Positions 1 through 9,128 of a stretch of DNA of 33,010 bases are shown piece by piece. Position 1 is the first letter of the stretch. Every line of letters begins with the position of its first letter. The position numbers and the translations under genes are program-made. The stretch comes from Fibrobacteria bacterium (GTDB taxonomy: Bacteria > Fibrobacterota > Fibrobacteria > UBA11236), in the NCBI GenBank assembly GCA_043732185.1, contig JAYTHY010000068.1, forward strand, positions 1 through 33,010, read 5' to 3'. The notes under the pieces were generated by a model. The model worked only from the letters and a program-made list of their open reading frames with translations, was not told the DNA's origin and searched no databases.

Positions 1-276
1 CATATCTGGATGGGAAATGAAAACCGCCGACAGCGTATCCACTTTTAATTTTCTCAGGAAATTCGAAAGCACTTCCGGGTCCTTTCCAGTATCCACCAAA
101 AAGAAATGGTTGGCGCGGGTTCGCATTAAACAGGCATCACCTTGACCCACATCCAGAAAAAACACTTGGAATGCCTGCCTCTGACTATTGCCGCCCGCCA
201 ACTGTTGGCATCCCCCCATAAACATGGTGCAAATGAGGCAAAATAGCGGGAAAATCCAGGAGGGGAAAATAAACAT
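1..276 (-). CDS. ComEC/Rec2-type metallo-beta-lactamase-fold hydrolase, possible lipoprotein; N-terminal part only, runs off the left edge
   Basis: Hand translation of the minus strand from ATG at 276 gives MFIFPSWIFPLFCLICTMFMGGCQQ...FFLDVGQGDACLMR...FLVDTG...AVFISHPDM with no stop. LDVGQGD, VDTG and SHxD are ComEC-like MBL motifs. Hydrophobic N-terminus ends in GGC. Absent from the ORF track because its stop lies outside the window. Confidence 0.85.
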   Translation of the reverse strand, partial: MFIFPSWIFPLFCLICTMFMGGCQQLAGGNSQRQAFQVFFLDVGQGDACLMRTRANHFFLVDTGKDPEVLSNFLRKLKVDTLSAVFISHPDM

Positions 277-418
277 TTTATACCTTTCTAACTTTAAACG
301 CGCTTCGGTTTGGCACTATACGATAACCACACGCTCAAGGGAGCGAAGTGAGGGTGAGCACAAATGCCGAAATGGAATACAAAATGAATTTTTCAGTAAG
401 ACGGGCTGACTGACTTAA

Positions 419-2110
419 ATGGAATACGGACGCTATAGAATTTTGAATCAGCTTGGACAAGGCGGGATGGCCACGGTGTACTTGGCCGAGGATCCGCTAT
501 TGAACCGATTAGTAGCCATCAAGGTTATCCAAGCTCACTTGTCCTCCAATTCCAGTTTGATGGATCGTTTTACCGTTGAGGCCAAAACCATTGCATCGTT
601 GCGGCATATCAATATTGTGGAAGTCTTCGACTTTGGCGCCCAGGATGATCAGCAATACTTGGTGATGGAATACATCGATGGCCAAAACCTGCAAGCGATT
701 TGCGCCGCTCAAGGGGGCAAACAGATGCCCAATACAGTAGCCGCCGCTATCATTTGCCAGGCAGCGGAAGGCCTTACTTCGGCAGAGAAACACGGTGTCG
801 TTCACCGGGACATCAAGCCAGAAAATTTGATGTTTAATTCAGAGGGAACCCTTAAAATTGCGGATTTTGGAATTGCGCATATCGCCGATGAGCAATCGCG
901 GACCCAAACCGGAGCCGTTCTGGGATCACCCAATTTCATGTCACCGGAGCAAATCGAAGGACTTAGGCCAACCAATCAAACCGACCTTTTTTCTTTGGGC
1001 GGCGTGGCCTATTACTGTCTAACTGGCAAGCTTCCATTTACGGGACCGAGTATTCCCGTGACGATGCGTAATATCTGTGAGCGACCTGCTCCTTCCATAC
1101 TTGAGTTGAACCCGAATGCCGATCCGGTGCTGATTCAATTGACCGATACGTTGCTGCAAAAACTCCCCGAGAACCGTGGGGGCGGGGCCCGTTGGCTGGC
1201 CAATCAATTGCGGGCGTATCTCAACTCCAAGGATGTCGTGGACATTGTCGACCATGCCAAGACCTATATAGCCGGACTCGGAATTTCCGGCGGCGGCCGT
1301 ACGATAATGGAGGGGCCTAGCACCGCTAGCGGATCCATGAAAGCTATGCGGGCCGGTACTGGTTCCTCTGTGGCAGGCTTCCCCGCGTCGGCAATAATCA
1401 AAACCGGTGCTACCATGGCAGGTAGCAAAACGCTCTCTAAGGCAATGGCTTCTAGTGTTGATTTTCAGACGCAGGCCACTACAGGAGCCATGGGTCCTTC
1501 CTCTCGCAGCCCCGTGGTCTGGATTGGCGGCTTGCTTTCTTTATGTGTACTGGTTCTGGCCGGAGCAGTAATTTGGACGCGACTGGATCATGGCGACAAG
1601 CCTTCGACCCAAGTCAATCTTCCGGAAACCCAGGTTGCAATGGCACCGGTTCCCAAAACTCCCCCGGCCCCAACCGTGGGCAACTCCTCGACCGGAAACA
1701 CCCTTCCAAGCACTGCACCTGGGGACAACCCGGGTGCCACTCCAACACCCCCTCCTCCCACACATATAGAAACGGAGAAGCCCCCTAAAGGCAATGATTT
1801 ACACATTTCGCAAATGCCACGGAAAGGCCCCTCAACGCATTCGGGCGAATCCCATTCCAGCCTACAAAATTCCACTAGTGAAGGGTCCTCGGAAGCCACC
1901 GGATTCGTTTTAATCAAATCAGCGCCTCCTTTTGCTGCGTTGACTATTAATGGCAAACCCCAAGGTGAAACGCCTATGAATGCGTTTTTAGAAGTTCCAA
2001 TTGGCAAATGTCATGTGGAAATTGTCCACCGCCTCAGCCCTCCCTTTGACACCATTATCAACATCACCGCCGGATTCCGAAGGGAGTTCAAGTTTAAACT
2101 TGAACGGTAG
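419..2110 (+). CDS. Hanks-type Ser/Thr protein kinase with TM helix, Pro/Thr-rich linker and C-terminal PEGA-like domain
   Basis: LGQGGMATVY, VAIK, HRDIKPEN, DFG, GSPNFMSPE, DLFSLG motifs. TM segment VVWIGGLLSLCVLVLAGAVIW. C-terminal IKSAPPFAALTINGKPQGETP is PEGA-like. Confidence 0.93.
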   Translation: MEYGRYRILNQLGQGGMATVYLAEDPLLNRLVAIKVIQAHLSSNSSLMDRFTVEAKTIASLRHINIVEVFDFGAQDDQQYLVMEYIDGQNLQAICAAQGGKQMPNTVAAAIICQAAEGLTSAEKHGVVHRDIKPENLMFNSEGTLKIADFGIAHIADEQSRTQTGAVLGSPNFMSPEQIEGLRPTNQTDLFSLGGVAYYCLTGKLPFTGPSIPVTMRNICERPAPSILELNPNADPVLIQLTDTLLQKLPENRGGGARWLANQLRAYLNSKDVVDIVDHAKTYIAGLGISGGGRTIMEGPSTASGSMKAMRAGTGSSVAGFPASAIIKTGATMAGSKTLSKAMASSVDFQTQATTGAMGPSSRSPVVWIGGLLSLCVLVLAGAVIWTRLDHGDKPSTQVNLPETQVAMAPVPKTPPAPTVGNSSTGNTLPSTAPGDNPGATPTPPPPTHIETEKPPKGNDLHISQMPRKGPSTHSGESHSSLQNSTSEGSSEATGFVLIKSAPPFAALTINGKPQGETPMNAFLEVPIGKCHVEIVHRLSPPFDTIINITAGFRREFKFKLER

Positions 2111-2278
2111 GGTTTATTTCCTAAACGGGCACCATTTTTTAGAGATTTGGCATTATCTTTAAGCCAAGATGGCTTCGTTTTTCCCGCCAGTAAATTAGTT
2201 TTAGAGCCCGGCCAACCGATTATTCTTAGACCTGTTTTAAGCCCATTGAGTCGTAAAAATGTAGGAGCATGAGGAACC

Positions 2279-3010
2279 ATGACGTTTAAAAGAATCGCAC
2301 CACTTTCGCTTTCCCTTGCCTTGGCGTTGTCCATTGCATCGCCAACTTTTTCCCAAGTTCAATATTTTGAATCTGAAGTTTCCGGCGTAGTACCCTATGC
2401 CACAATTAAGTGGAATCAAGGAATAAAGGAATATTTAGCGGGTTTGGAATATAATATCGACGGACGAACTACTTTCGGATTCAGCTATTCTAAGCCGATT
2501 AAAGACACTTTGACTTTTGACCCCGCTCTTAAATCCTACACAATTAACCCGTACGCCATTTTTGAGTTTATCGAGCCGGACAATCTTAAAACGTTTAGCT
2601 TCGCCATACGTGCTGATTTTGTCAATGAGCAAACCAGTGCCAAGCCTAAGCCTGCAGTATCCAACGGCTCTGAGTACAACAGCTTTTCACGCACTTCGAT
2701 GGGTGGCGGGCCTATTTTTGCGTTACGCATCTTCAACAGTGACAGGCTTGCCATGATCCCAACGGCGGCCTATGAATTTTTTTACGTCACTGCTCAGAAG
2801 AATTTTGTTGACCCGAAAGCGCCTGGAAGTTTCCCCAAAAATGTATACCTTTGGCATGACGTGTGGGGAAGCTGCCCGTTCTTGTTTATCTTAAACGAAT
2901 CCAATTCCATAGCCGTCGAACCCAAAGTGACCGTTAAATTTGGATCTGGCCATTCGTCAAAGGATCTTTTGAATATTTCAGCCACAGTGGGATACATTAG
3001 GTCCTTTTAA
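2279..3010 (+). CDS. Secreted hypothetical protein, probable outer-membrane beta-barrel
   Basis: Signal peptide (MTFKRIAPLSLSLALALSIASPTFS), aromatic alternating beta-strand pattern, C-terminal VGYIRSF ending in Phe; AGGA RBS. Confidence 0.65.
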   Translation: MTFKRIAPLSLSLALALSIASPTFSQVQYFESEVSGVVPYATIKWNQGIKEYLAGLEYNIDGRTTFGFSYSKPIKDTLTFDPALKSYTINPYAIFEFIEPDNLKTFSFAIRADFVNEQTSAKPKPAVSNGSEYNSFSRTSMGGGPIFALRIFNSDRLAMIPTAAYEFFYVTAQKNFVDPKAPGSFPKNVYLWHDVWGSCPFLFILNESNSIAVEPKVTVKFGSGHSSKDLLNISATVGYIRSF

Positions 3011-3061
3011 GCCTGCTCTTTGTTTGAGCAATTCCCTTAAAATCGAAACTAAAAATGAAGC

Positions 3062-3078
3062 GGCGGCCAATGGTCGCC
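3062..3078. terminator. Possible hairpin between convergent genes
   Basis: GGCGGCC-AAT-GGTCGCC (one G-U pair on the + strand). The minus strand continues GCTTCATTTTT; U-tract not adjacent to the stem. Confidence 0.3.
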
Positions 3079-3082
3079 ACAA

Positions 3083-4969
3083 TTAGTCCAGCCGGTGCAT
3101 TTCAATTCGGCGGTTCTGCATTCGACCGGTTGCGGTATGATTGCTTGCAATGGGATCACGGGCACCCATTCCTCGGGCCAAAACTTGGGTTGGCAAAACC
3201 CCGTTGGAAATTAAATAGTTGCGAACGGATTTGGCGCGCGTTTCAGATAGGCGCATTCGGACAAGTTCGTTTCCGCTATCATCCATATAGCCTCGGATTT
3301 CCACCAAGGAGCCTGGTGCGCCTTTTATTTGGGCGGATAAGGTATCGAGGGAGAGATTAGAGATCGGTAACAGTTCTGCCGTATTGCCACGAAAGCTGAC
3401 TAGCTTTAATAAGCTGCGCCTTGGTAAAGGGGGAAGTATTTCTCCCGATGAACCATGAATCTGGTCCGGACAGCCGTCCCCATCTTCGAACCCATTTATA
3501 GTTTCCGGTTCATTTGGGCATTTGTCGTTCAAATCCGGTATCTTGTCTTTATCATTGTCTGGATCCGGACAACCATCCGCATCCTCAAACCCATCCAGGT
3601 CTTCCGCTAAATTAGGACACTTGTCTTGAGCATCCGGTACGCCGTCCTTATCATTGTCCAATTCGGGACAACCATCAAAATCTTCAAATCCATCCAGGTC
3701 TTCCGCTTCATTGGGGCATTTGTCTGAGAGATCCGGCACGCCATCCTTGTCATTATCCGGGTCGGGACATCCATCTTCATCCTGAAAGCCATCGACGTCC
3801 TCCGGTTCAAGCGGGCATTTGTCTTTAGCGTCATAGATGCTGTCTCCGTCATTGTCGTATTCTGGGCAACCGTCTTGATCTTGGAAATTGTCCTTGTCCT
3901 CAGGTTCGGTAATACAGAGATCCTCTTTATCGGGTATGCCGTCCTTGTCCGTATCCACAGATATAAGGTCCCCGGACCATCCAAGATTAAAGGCGACGGC
4001 AAAATTGGGCTGGTAACGGCTGGAGTATGTCATCTTGCCATCAGCTAAATCTTTGGAATAGGAGTGAAAGGGGCGCTTTGCTATACTTTTTTGTAAGCCA
4101 ACGGAAAAGAATACCCCGTCCTCGCCAGTTGCAGTAAATCCGGCGGCCAAAAAGGAAAAATCTTTGCCGACTTTAGCAAATTTTCCGGCCAACCCCGACC
4201 GCGTTTCGCTTTGCATGTTCACGAATAATTGTAGAGACGGCAATGGCAGCCATTCCAGCCCGCCACCCAACAGCACCTGAGCAGACGCTTCTGATGCTCC
4301 TGAATGGCTGATGCCCGCATTAAGATTCCCTCGGAAGGGCAATTGAGCTTCAAGACGGGTGAGATCCACTGTCCAAACTGATTGAATTGAGCCGCCAACC
4401 GCATAGCTGGAAAAGAAATACGGCGCGCCTGGAGCAGAGTCCGTGGCAACATATCCTGGTTGTTTGGGTAGGAATCCGGAGGAGCTTTTTGAAGGGACAG
4501 ATATGGTGCCAAGCAATGCTGCGTCGAGTACGTGGTTATTGACAAGAGATTCGCTGCCCTTGCCCGATAGAATTGGATCGCCAAGTCCTTTTCCGGATAA
4601 TTTTTTTGCCTCTGTGTCGCCGATGTAGTCCGCGGAATAGGGAACCGTCAATCCAAGATCAAAAAATCGTCCCAGACCAATGGCAAGGTTGAGTCGCGCT
4701 GTGCCACTTTGAAAGTCTTGAACCTGTGCCGTGTCCAGAACACCGGCTAAACCCGTATGATGGAATAAGAAAAGATGGTCCTTGACCATACTTCCATCTT
4801 GATGGCCGTAGGCTCCAATGGAACCGGAAATGCATAAATGTCCCAGGGATTGCGCCGAAGGGCTGAATAGTGAACCAGGCAGTCCTTCTAAGGTAGCGGA
4901 ATGAACGCTTACGCCTATCCATACGATGAGGCCAAGTTTTAGCAAAATACGGGAATTACGCTTATTCAT
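3083..4969 (-). CDS. OmpA-family outer-membrane protein: N-terminal barrel-like region, five thrombospondin type-3-like Ca-binding repeats, C-terminal peptidoglycan-binding OmpA domain
   Basis: Signal peptide; repeated DxDxDGxxDxxDxCP...DGCP units; C-terminal IRGYMD, LSETRAKSVRNYL, GRMQNRRIEM. Confidence 0.92.
   Translation of the reverse strand: MNKRNSRILLKLGLIVWIGVSVHSATLEGLPGSLFSPSAQSLGHLCISGSIGAYGHQDGSMVKDHLFLFHHTGLAGVLDTAQVQDFQSGTARLNLAIGLGRFFDLGLTVPYSADYIGDTEAKKLSGKGLGDPILSGKGSESLVNNHVLDAALLGTISVPSKSSSGFLPKQPGYVATDSAPGAPYFFSSYAVGGSIQSVWTVDLTRLEAQLPFRGNLNAGISHSGASEASAQVLLGGGLEWLPLPSLQLFVNMQSETRSGLAGKFAKVGKDFSFLAAGFTATGEDGVFFSVGLQKSIAKRPFHSYSKDLADGKMTYSSRYQPNFAVAFNLGWSGDLISVDTDKDGIPDKEDLCITEPEDKDNFQDQDGCPEYDNDGDSIYDAKDKCPLEPEDVDGFQDEDGCPDPDNDKDGVPDLSDKCPNEAEDLDGFEDFDGCPELDNDKDGVPDAQDKCPNLAEDLDGFEDADGCPDPDNDKDKIPDLNDKCPNEPETINGFEDGDGCPDQIHGSSGEILPPLPRRSLLKLVSFRGNTAELLPISNLSLDTLSAQIKGAPGSLVEIRGYMDDSGNELVRMRLSETRAKSVRNYLISNGVLPTQVLARGMGARDPIASNHTATGRMQNRRIEMHRLD
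3464..3955 (-). repeat. Five degenerate ~99-bp coding repeats (33-aa TSP3-like units)
   Basis: Protein units such as DNDKDGVPDLSDKCPNEAEDLDGFEDFDGCPEL repeat five times over about 164 aa. Confidence 0.9.
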
Positions 4970-5044
4970 CGGATTGCATATTTCAGGCTAAGGGATTGAA
5001 TGCGGTGTTTTGGAAAATATAAAAAAACCCATTTCTCACCCACA

Positions 5045-5074
5045 TTGGATTGAAATGCCCCCTGAGGTTATAAT
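5045..5074 (+). promoter_or_regulatory. Putative sigma70 promoter of the HDOD gene
   Basis: TTGGAT (5045-5050), 18 nt, TATAAT (5069-5074) in the divergent intergenic region; GGGAG RBS before ATG 5134. Confidence 0.55.
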
Positions 5075-5133
5075 ACACTGGAAGGGTTGGTTGGACACGG
5101 TAAAAATTTTGCCAGCGCAGCTTTGGAGTAGAT

Positions 5134-5994
5134 ATGAGTAAGAGCTTGGAACAGAAAAGGATTGAGCAGATCGAAAATCTGCCCACCCTTCCCGAAGTTG
5201 CCAATCGCCTGCTTAAGATCATCAATGACCCAACTACTACGGCCGTTGATGTGGCCAACTTAATCTCTCGTGATCTCAGCCTTACATCCAAAGTCCTACG
5301 CCTGGCGAACTCGGCCTTTTATGGTATACCTCGTACTGTGACAACCGTTCAAAATGCCGTGGTGATTTTAGGTCTTAAAGTCATTAATACCATGGTCTTC
5401 AGTATTACCGTGGTCAAGATGTTTCCCGGTGATGGGAATAGTCAATTATTCAGCCGAAAGAAATTTTGGGCCCACTCTCTAGCTTGTGCGGTGCTGTCTC
5501 GTCAGCTCGCTTTAAGGATGCGTAAATTCACCTTATTTGATCCCGAGGAATGTTTTTGCGCCGGTCTCATTCATGATATTGGTCGAATCGTTTTGGATCA
5601 GTACTTTCACGAAAGCTTCCTTAAAGCCATTCAAAAAGCGGTCAAGGATAAAATCTCACTCTTGCAGGCAGAAAGTGAAGTCTTTGGGTTTACCCATACC
5701 GATGTCGGTGATTGGCTCACGTCCCGATGGGAATTACCACAGGATATTCGCATCCCCATCGTCTATCATCACGCACCGGGCAAGACGGAATTTGCCCGTG
5801 AAATTACCACGTTGGTACACCTTGCCGATAGCCTTTGCTTTGAATTAGGCTACACACTGCCGGGCCTGGAAGTACAACCCGTTCTCGATACGGCACTGAT
5901 TGCCCATTTGGGGTTTACCCCGGAAGACTTGGAAGCGGTTAAAGCATCTGCCTTTGAAGAAATTGAAAAGTTCCAGGTCGCCTTCGAGATTTAA
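5134..5994 (+). CDS. Stand-alone HDOD-domain protein
   Basis: LPTLP start, DLSLTSKVLRLANSAFYG, AVVILG, FWAHS, AGLIHDIG, WELP, YHH. Confidence 0.93.
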   Translation: MSKSLEQKRIEQIENLPTLPEVANRLLKIINDPTTTAVDVANLISRDLSLTSKVLRLANSAFYGIPRTVTTVQNAVVILGLKVINTMVFSITVVKMFPGDGNSQLFSRKKFWAHSLACAVLSRQLALRMRKFTLFDPEECFCAGLIHDIGRIVLDQYFHESFLKAIQKAVKDKISLLQAESEVFGFTHTDVGDWLTSRWELPQDIRIPIVYHHAPGKTEFAREITTLVHLADSLCFELGYTLPGLEVQPVLDTALIAHLGFTPEDLEAVKASAFEEIEKFQVAFEI

Positions 5995-6123
5995 CGCCTG
6001 ATCCACCACTGAACCTTAAGCTCGGGGCCGCATGGTTGGGCCTTTGGCAGCGGTTGGATTCTCTTTTTGTAACTTTCCCTTTGCCAACATCAACCTCCTA
6101 GTGAGGTGGGCTGGGAGTTGCAG

Positions 6124-7329
6124 ATGTTCCTTTTATTCGATATCCAAACCGGCGTGGCCGGGGACATGATACTCGGAGCCCTTTTTGATCTGGGTTTGGA
6201 TTTTTCGGCATGGAAAAACCAGATCCAATCCTTAAACCTGCCGGATATGCGGCTGGAGATCAATAAAGTTTCCAAGCATGGAATCATGGCTACGCAATTC
6301 CACGCCTATTTTCCCCACGAGCACGTACATCGGGGCATCAAGGAAATCCAGGTCATTGTCAATGCCTCCAGCTTATCTAATGGAGTCAAGGAAAAGGCTA
6401 TGGAGGTCTTTTTCAAACTGGCGCAGGTGGAAGCAAAAATACACGGCGTCCCTATCGACCAGGTTCATTTTCACGAACTGGGAGCCCTAGATTCCATTGT
6501 CGATATCGTTGGCGCGTGCCTTGGTTTTGAAATGTTGGGTATTCAAAATTTTCTGACTACCTCATTTACTTTTGGAACAGGAACGGTTAATACCCAACAC
6601 GGCCTCATGGCAGAACCTGTTCCCGCCACCTTGGCATTAAGTACTGGATTCCCATCGATTCGCACCCAGTTATCCGGCGAACTGTGCACGCCTACTGGTA
6701 TGGCCTTGGTAACCACTTTTGCCAAGCCGATGCCAAAGAATTGGAAAGGCTCTTTAATTAAGCAGGGATATGGCGCCGGCAGCCGAAACTTGCCGGATAC
6801 AGCCAATGTTTTACGCATCTGTCAAATGGAAGACTGTGAATCTATTGGAGAATCAGGTTCCCTTTTCCAGATAGAATGTAATTTGGACAATATGTCTCCA
6901 GAACTCATCGGCTATGCTGCCGAAAGGCTTTTAGCAGCTGGCTGCAACGATGTGTGGCAGGAAGCCATCATCATGAAAAAAACTCGCGCCGCGGTAAAGC
7001 TCTGCGCCCTGGTGGAAGAGGATCTACTCAATTCCGTGCTGGCCTTGGTGGCTGCGGAAACGACAACAGGTGGGGTACGGTTTTATCCGGTCCGACGCTT
7101 TGTGGCGGAGAAGTCCAAAGCATCTATAACCACTAAATATGGTGATATAGATCTAAAGGGCGTACAATTTCCGGGAACCACTGCGATCCGTTTTACGCCT
7201 GAATATGAAAGCTGCCGACAGTTGGCTCTGGCGGCCAAAGTTCCGTTACCGGAGGTATATCGAGAAGCCATGCTGGCTGCAACTCGCTTGGAACGACATG
7301 AAAAGGCTCCAACCGGATTGGATGTATGA
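6124..7329 (+). CDS. larC: Nickel-pincer cofactor biosynthesis nickel insertase LarC (single uninterrupted ORF)
   Basis: GVAGDMILGAL, HEHVHR, EAKIHG...VHFHELGALDSIVDIVG, GELCTPTG, ECNLDNM, MKKTR, PEYESC. Start moved to ATG 6124 (GGGAG RBS at 6113-6117). Confidence 0.93.
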   Translation: MFLLFDIQTGVAGDMILGALFDLGLDFSAWKNQIQSLNLPDMRLEINKVSKHGIMATQFHAYFPHEHVHRGIKEIQVIVNASSLSNGVKEKAMEVFFKLAQVEAKIHGVPIDQVHFHELGALDSIVDIVGACLGFEMLGIQNFLTTSFTFGTGTVNTQHGLMAEPVPATLALSTGFPSIRTQLSGELCTPTGMALVTTFAKPMPKNWKGSLIKQGYGAGSRNLPDTANVLRICQMEDCESIGESGSLFQIECNLDNMSPELIGYAAERLLAAGCNDVWQEAIIMKKTRAAVKLCALVEEDLLNSVLALVAAETTTGGVRFYPVRRFVAEKSKASITTKYGDIDLKGVQFPGTTAIRFTPEYESCRQLALAAKVPLPEVYREAMLAATRLERHEKAPTGLDV

Positions 7330-8276
7330 AAATAAATGCTCCCGGAATCCGGATTGAACAGAGGAAAGGCGATGGTGTGCGACTCAAGGGCAAGCTCATA
7401 GCCTATGTACGCATTGACGTAGCCGTTCCCATTGTCGATGATGGTTCTGCGGGCTTTGTCAGTGGGGAAATGTCAGGAGCCGGGCCTGCCAATCCACTTA
7501 GTGGTATGGTCCGCAATGGTATTTTGGCCGTGCAGGCAAATTACGTTGACCAGCGGAACATCCGTGATTTTTTCCGGGCTGAATTTGGAATCTCTCTGGA
7601 AAAGGGGATTCAAGAAGTCATCGAACAAGCCAAGGAAACAGGAGGTCTGGAAGGAGCGCTCGATCCGGAAGCCGTAAGGGAGCGCCTCGAGTCCATGAAA
7701 AATGCGGACTTCATTCCTATCCCCGCCAAGGTGGCCTTCTTCAATACTGAAGCGGAAATGTTGGCTCTTGATGTGGACGTCTACTACCTAGGGCAATTCA
7801 GTGTCATCACCCATGCCCATCTCTGCGTCAATTCCTTCCCCATCATCTATCAAGCCTATTTTCGTGAACAGGAACAGAAGGCTATGGAGCAGGAAATCGC
7901 GGCATTACTAGGGGTTATTGAAGATCCAAAAACAGCGCAAGCAGCCATTCGCAAGGATTCCGCTGAGCCAACTATTCTAACTTTTCAAGGAGACCTCAAA
8001 GCCTTTTTGCTCAAGGACTTGATTCCCAAAATGATTTACAATCTGAATGATGTTGCCGAATACTTCAAGGCCAAGGAACGGTTTTGGGCCTTCATGGGGG
8101 ATTTCGGTTACCCGCATGATGTGCAGGAAATCATCACTTTGATCGAGTCTACACCAAAGCAGGACGCCGGGGTGTTAAAAAAATTGGAGCTGTTGGTGGC
8201 AAAGGTAGAAGCATTGCAAATGGAAGATTATGTAAAACTGGAGTCGATTCGAAATCAGCTCGCCGATTTGACGTGA
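7326..8276 (+). CDS. Hypothetical protein with C-terminal UVR (UvrB/UvrC)-like motif, ATGA-coupled to larC
   Basis: 316-aa ORF overlapping the larC stop by 4 nt. C-terminus KVEALQMEDYVKLESIRNQL resembles the UVR coiled-coil pattern. Confidence 0.7.
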   Translation: MKINAPGIRIEQRKGDGVRLKGKLIAYVRIDVAVPIVDDGSAGFVSGEMSGAGPANPLSGMVRNGILAVQANYVDQRNIRDFFRAEFGISLEKGIQEVIEQAKETGGLEGALDPEAVRERLESMKNADFIPIPAKVAFFNTEAEMLALDVDVYYLGQFSVITHAHLCVNSFPIIYQAYFREQEQKAMEQEIAALLGVIEDPKTAQAAIRKDSAEPTILTFQGDLKAFLLKDLIPKMIYNLNDVAEYFKAKERFWAFMGDFGYPHDVQEIITLIESTPKQDAGVLKKLELLVAKVEALQMEDYVKLESIRNQLADLT

Positions 8277-8307
8277 TTAACTGATTCGTCGATTCGCCTA
8301 ATTCAAT

Positions 8308-9042
8308 TCATCCTTGTTCCAAGTACGATTCAATTCGGCAACATCCTTGAGTCATAGCCACGTACTTCATTTCGTGTAGCCATTCACCGGAATTCACATA
8401 AATGCCTTCCGGCACGTCCTTCACGAATGCGGCATGCGTATGCCCGTGGATCAAAATGTCATGGTTACCATCGGCCAATAATTTTCGGGAGGCAGCTTCA
8501 TATTGGTCCATAAATCTGGGTAGATTTTGATGGCGGTCACGGGATAGTTTTCCAACGGCGCGCGCCAGGCCCATTCCAAAATCGGGATGGAGGAGTTGAA
8601 AGGTCCGATTGGAAAGCTTGTGTCGCAAGATGCGTTTCAGGATCCGATATTTCCAATCTGACTTGGCCAAACCGTCTCCGTGCAAGAGCAGTATTTTTTT
8701 TCCTTGAAGCTCCAGCGCTAGCGAATCCGAATGGATTTTAAATCCCAGAGTATCCTGAAAAAAATGTCCGAGATTGAAATCGTGGTTGCCGCTTAAATAG
8801 TGGATTTCCACTCCGCTTTGTGCGAGCCTCCCCAAAGCGGATAACGTTTGGAAATAATCCTTCGGAATAAAACTGCGATACTCCATCCAAAACTCAAATA
8901 GGTCCCCGAGGATGAATAAATGACTGGCTTTATGGGCCTTTTGCTCCAGAAAGTGGACCAAGAGTCTTTCCCTATCCGGTTTGAGACCTCGATATAAGGC
9001 ACCTAGATGCAGATCAGAAATAAAGTAAGCGGGCTTGTCCAT
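8308..9042 (-). CDS. lpxH: UDP-2,3-diacylglucosamine diphosphatase (LpxH-type metallophosphoesterase)
   Basis: FISDLHLG, LGDLFEFW, GNHD, LHGDGL, HGHTH, NSGEW. Start moved to ATG 9042 (MDKPAYFISD). Confidence 0.85.
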   Translation of the reverse strand: MDKPAYFISDLHLGALYRGLKPDRERLLVHFLEQKAHKASHLFILGDLFEFWMEYRSFIPKDYFQTLSALGRLAQSGVEIHYLSGNHDFNLGHFFQDTLGFKIHSDSLALELQGKKILLLHGDGLAKSDWKYRILKRILRHKLSNRTFQLLHPDFGMGLARAVGKLSRDRHQNLPRFMDQYEAASRKLLADGNHDILIHGHTHAAFVKDVPEGIYVNSGEWLHEMKYVAMTQGCCRIESYLEQG

Positions 9043-9128
9043 AAGCAACTGTATTAAAAGTTTTGGGAAGAAAATGTAGTTCTGCCACACCCCTCTGCCT
9101 GATTATTATACTCTATTTAGATAACCTT

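Noticed and set aside
311..326. TGGCAC as a sigma54 -24 element upstream of the kinase
   Set aside because: The -12 TTGC is missing at the required spacing (reads GATA).
188..409. 73-aa + strand ORF
   Set aside because: Antisense to the start of the MBL hydrolase gene, TTG start, no recognisable features.
370..427. AAATGGAATAC repeated at a 13-codon upstream ORF (MEYKMNFSVRRAD, 372-413) and at the kinase start
   Set aside because: An 11-nt AT-rich repeat with no attenuator structure or regulatory codon run; cannot be distinguished from chance.
3083..3400. OmpA domain inactive because GHTD reads GYMD
   Set aside because: The peptidoglycan-binding Asp and the Arg of LSxxRA are retained.
3464..3955. 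~99-bp periodic repeats as a CRISPR array
   Set aside because: Repeats are degenerate, in frame and encode TSP3-like units inside the OmpA gene; no unique spacers or cas genes.
6124..7329. Programmed frameshift in larC (as in some lactobacilli)
   Set aside because: Both LarC domains are in one continuous frame here.
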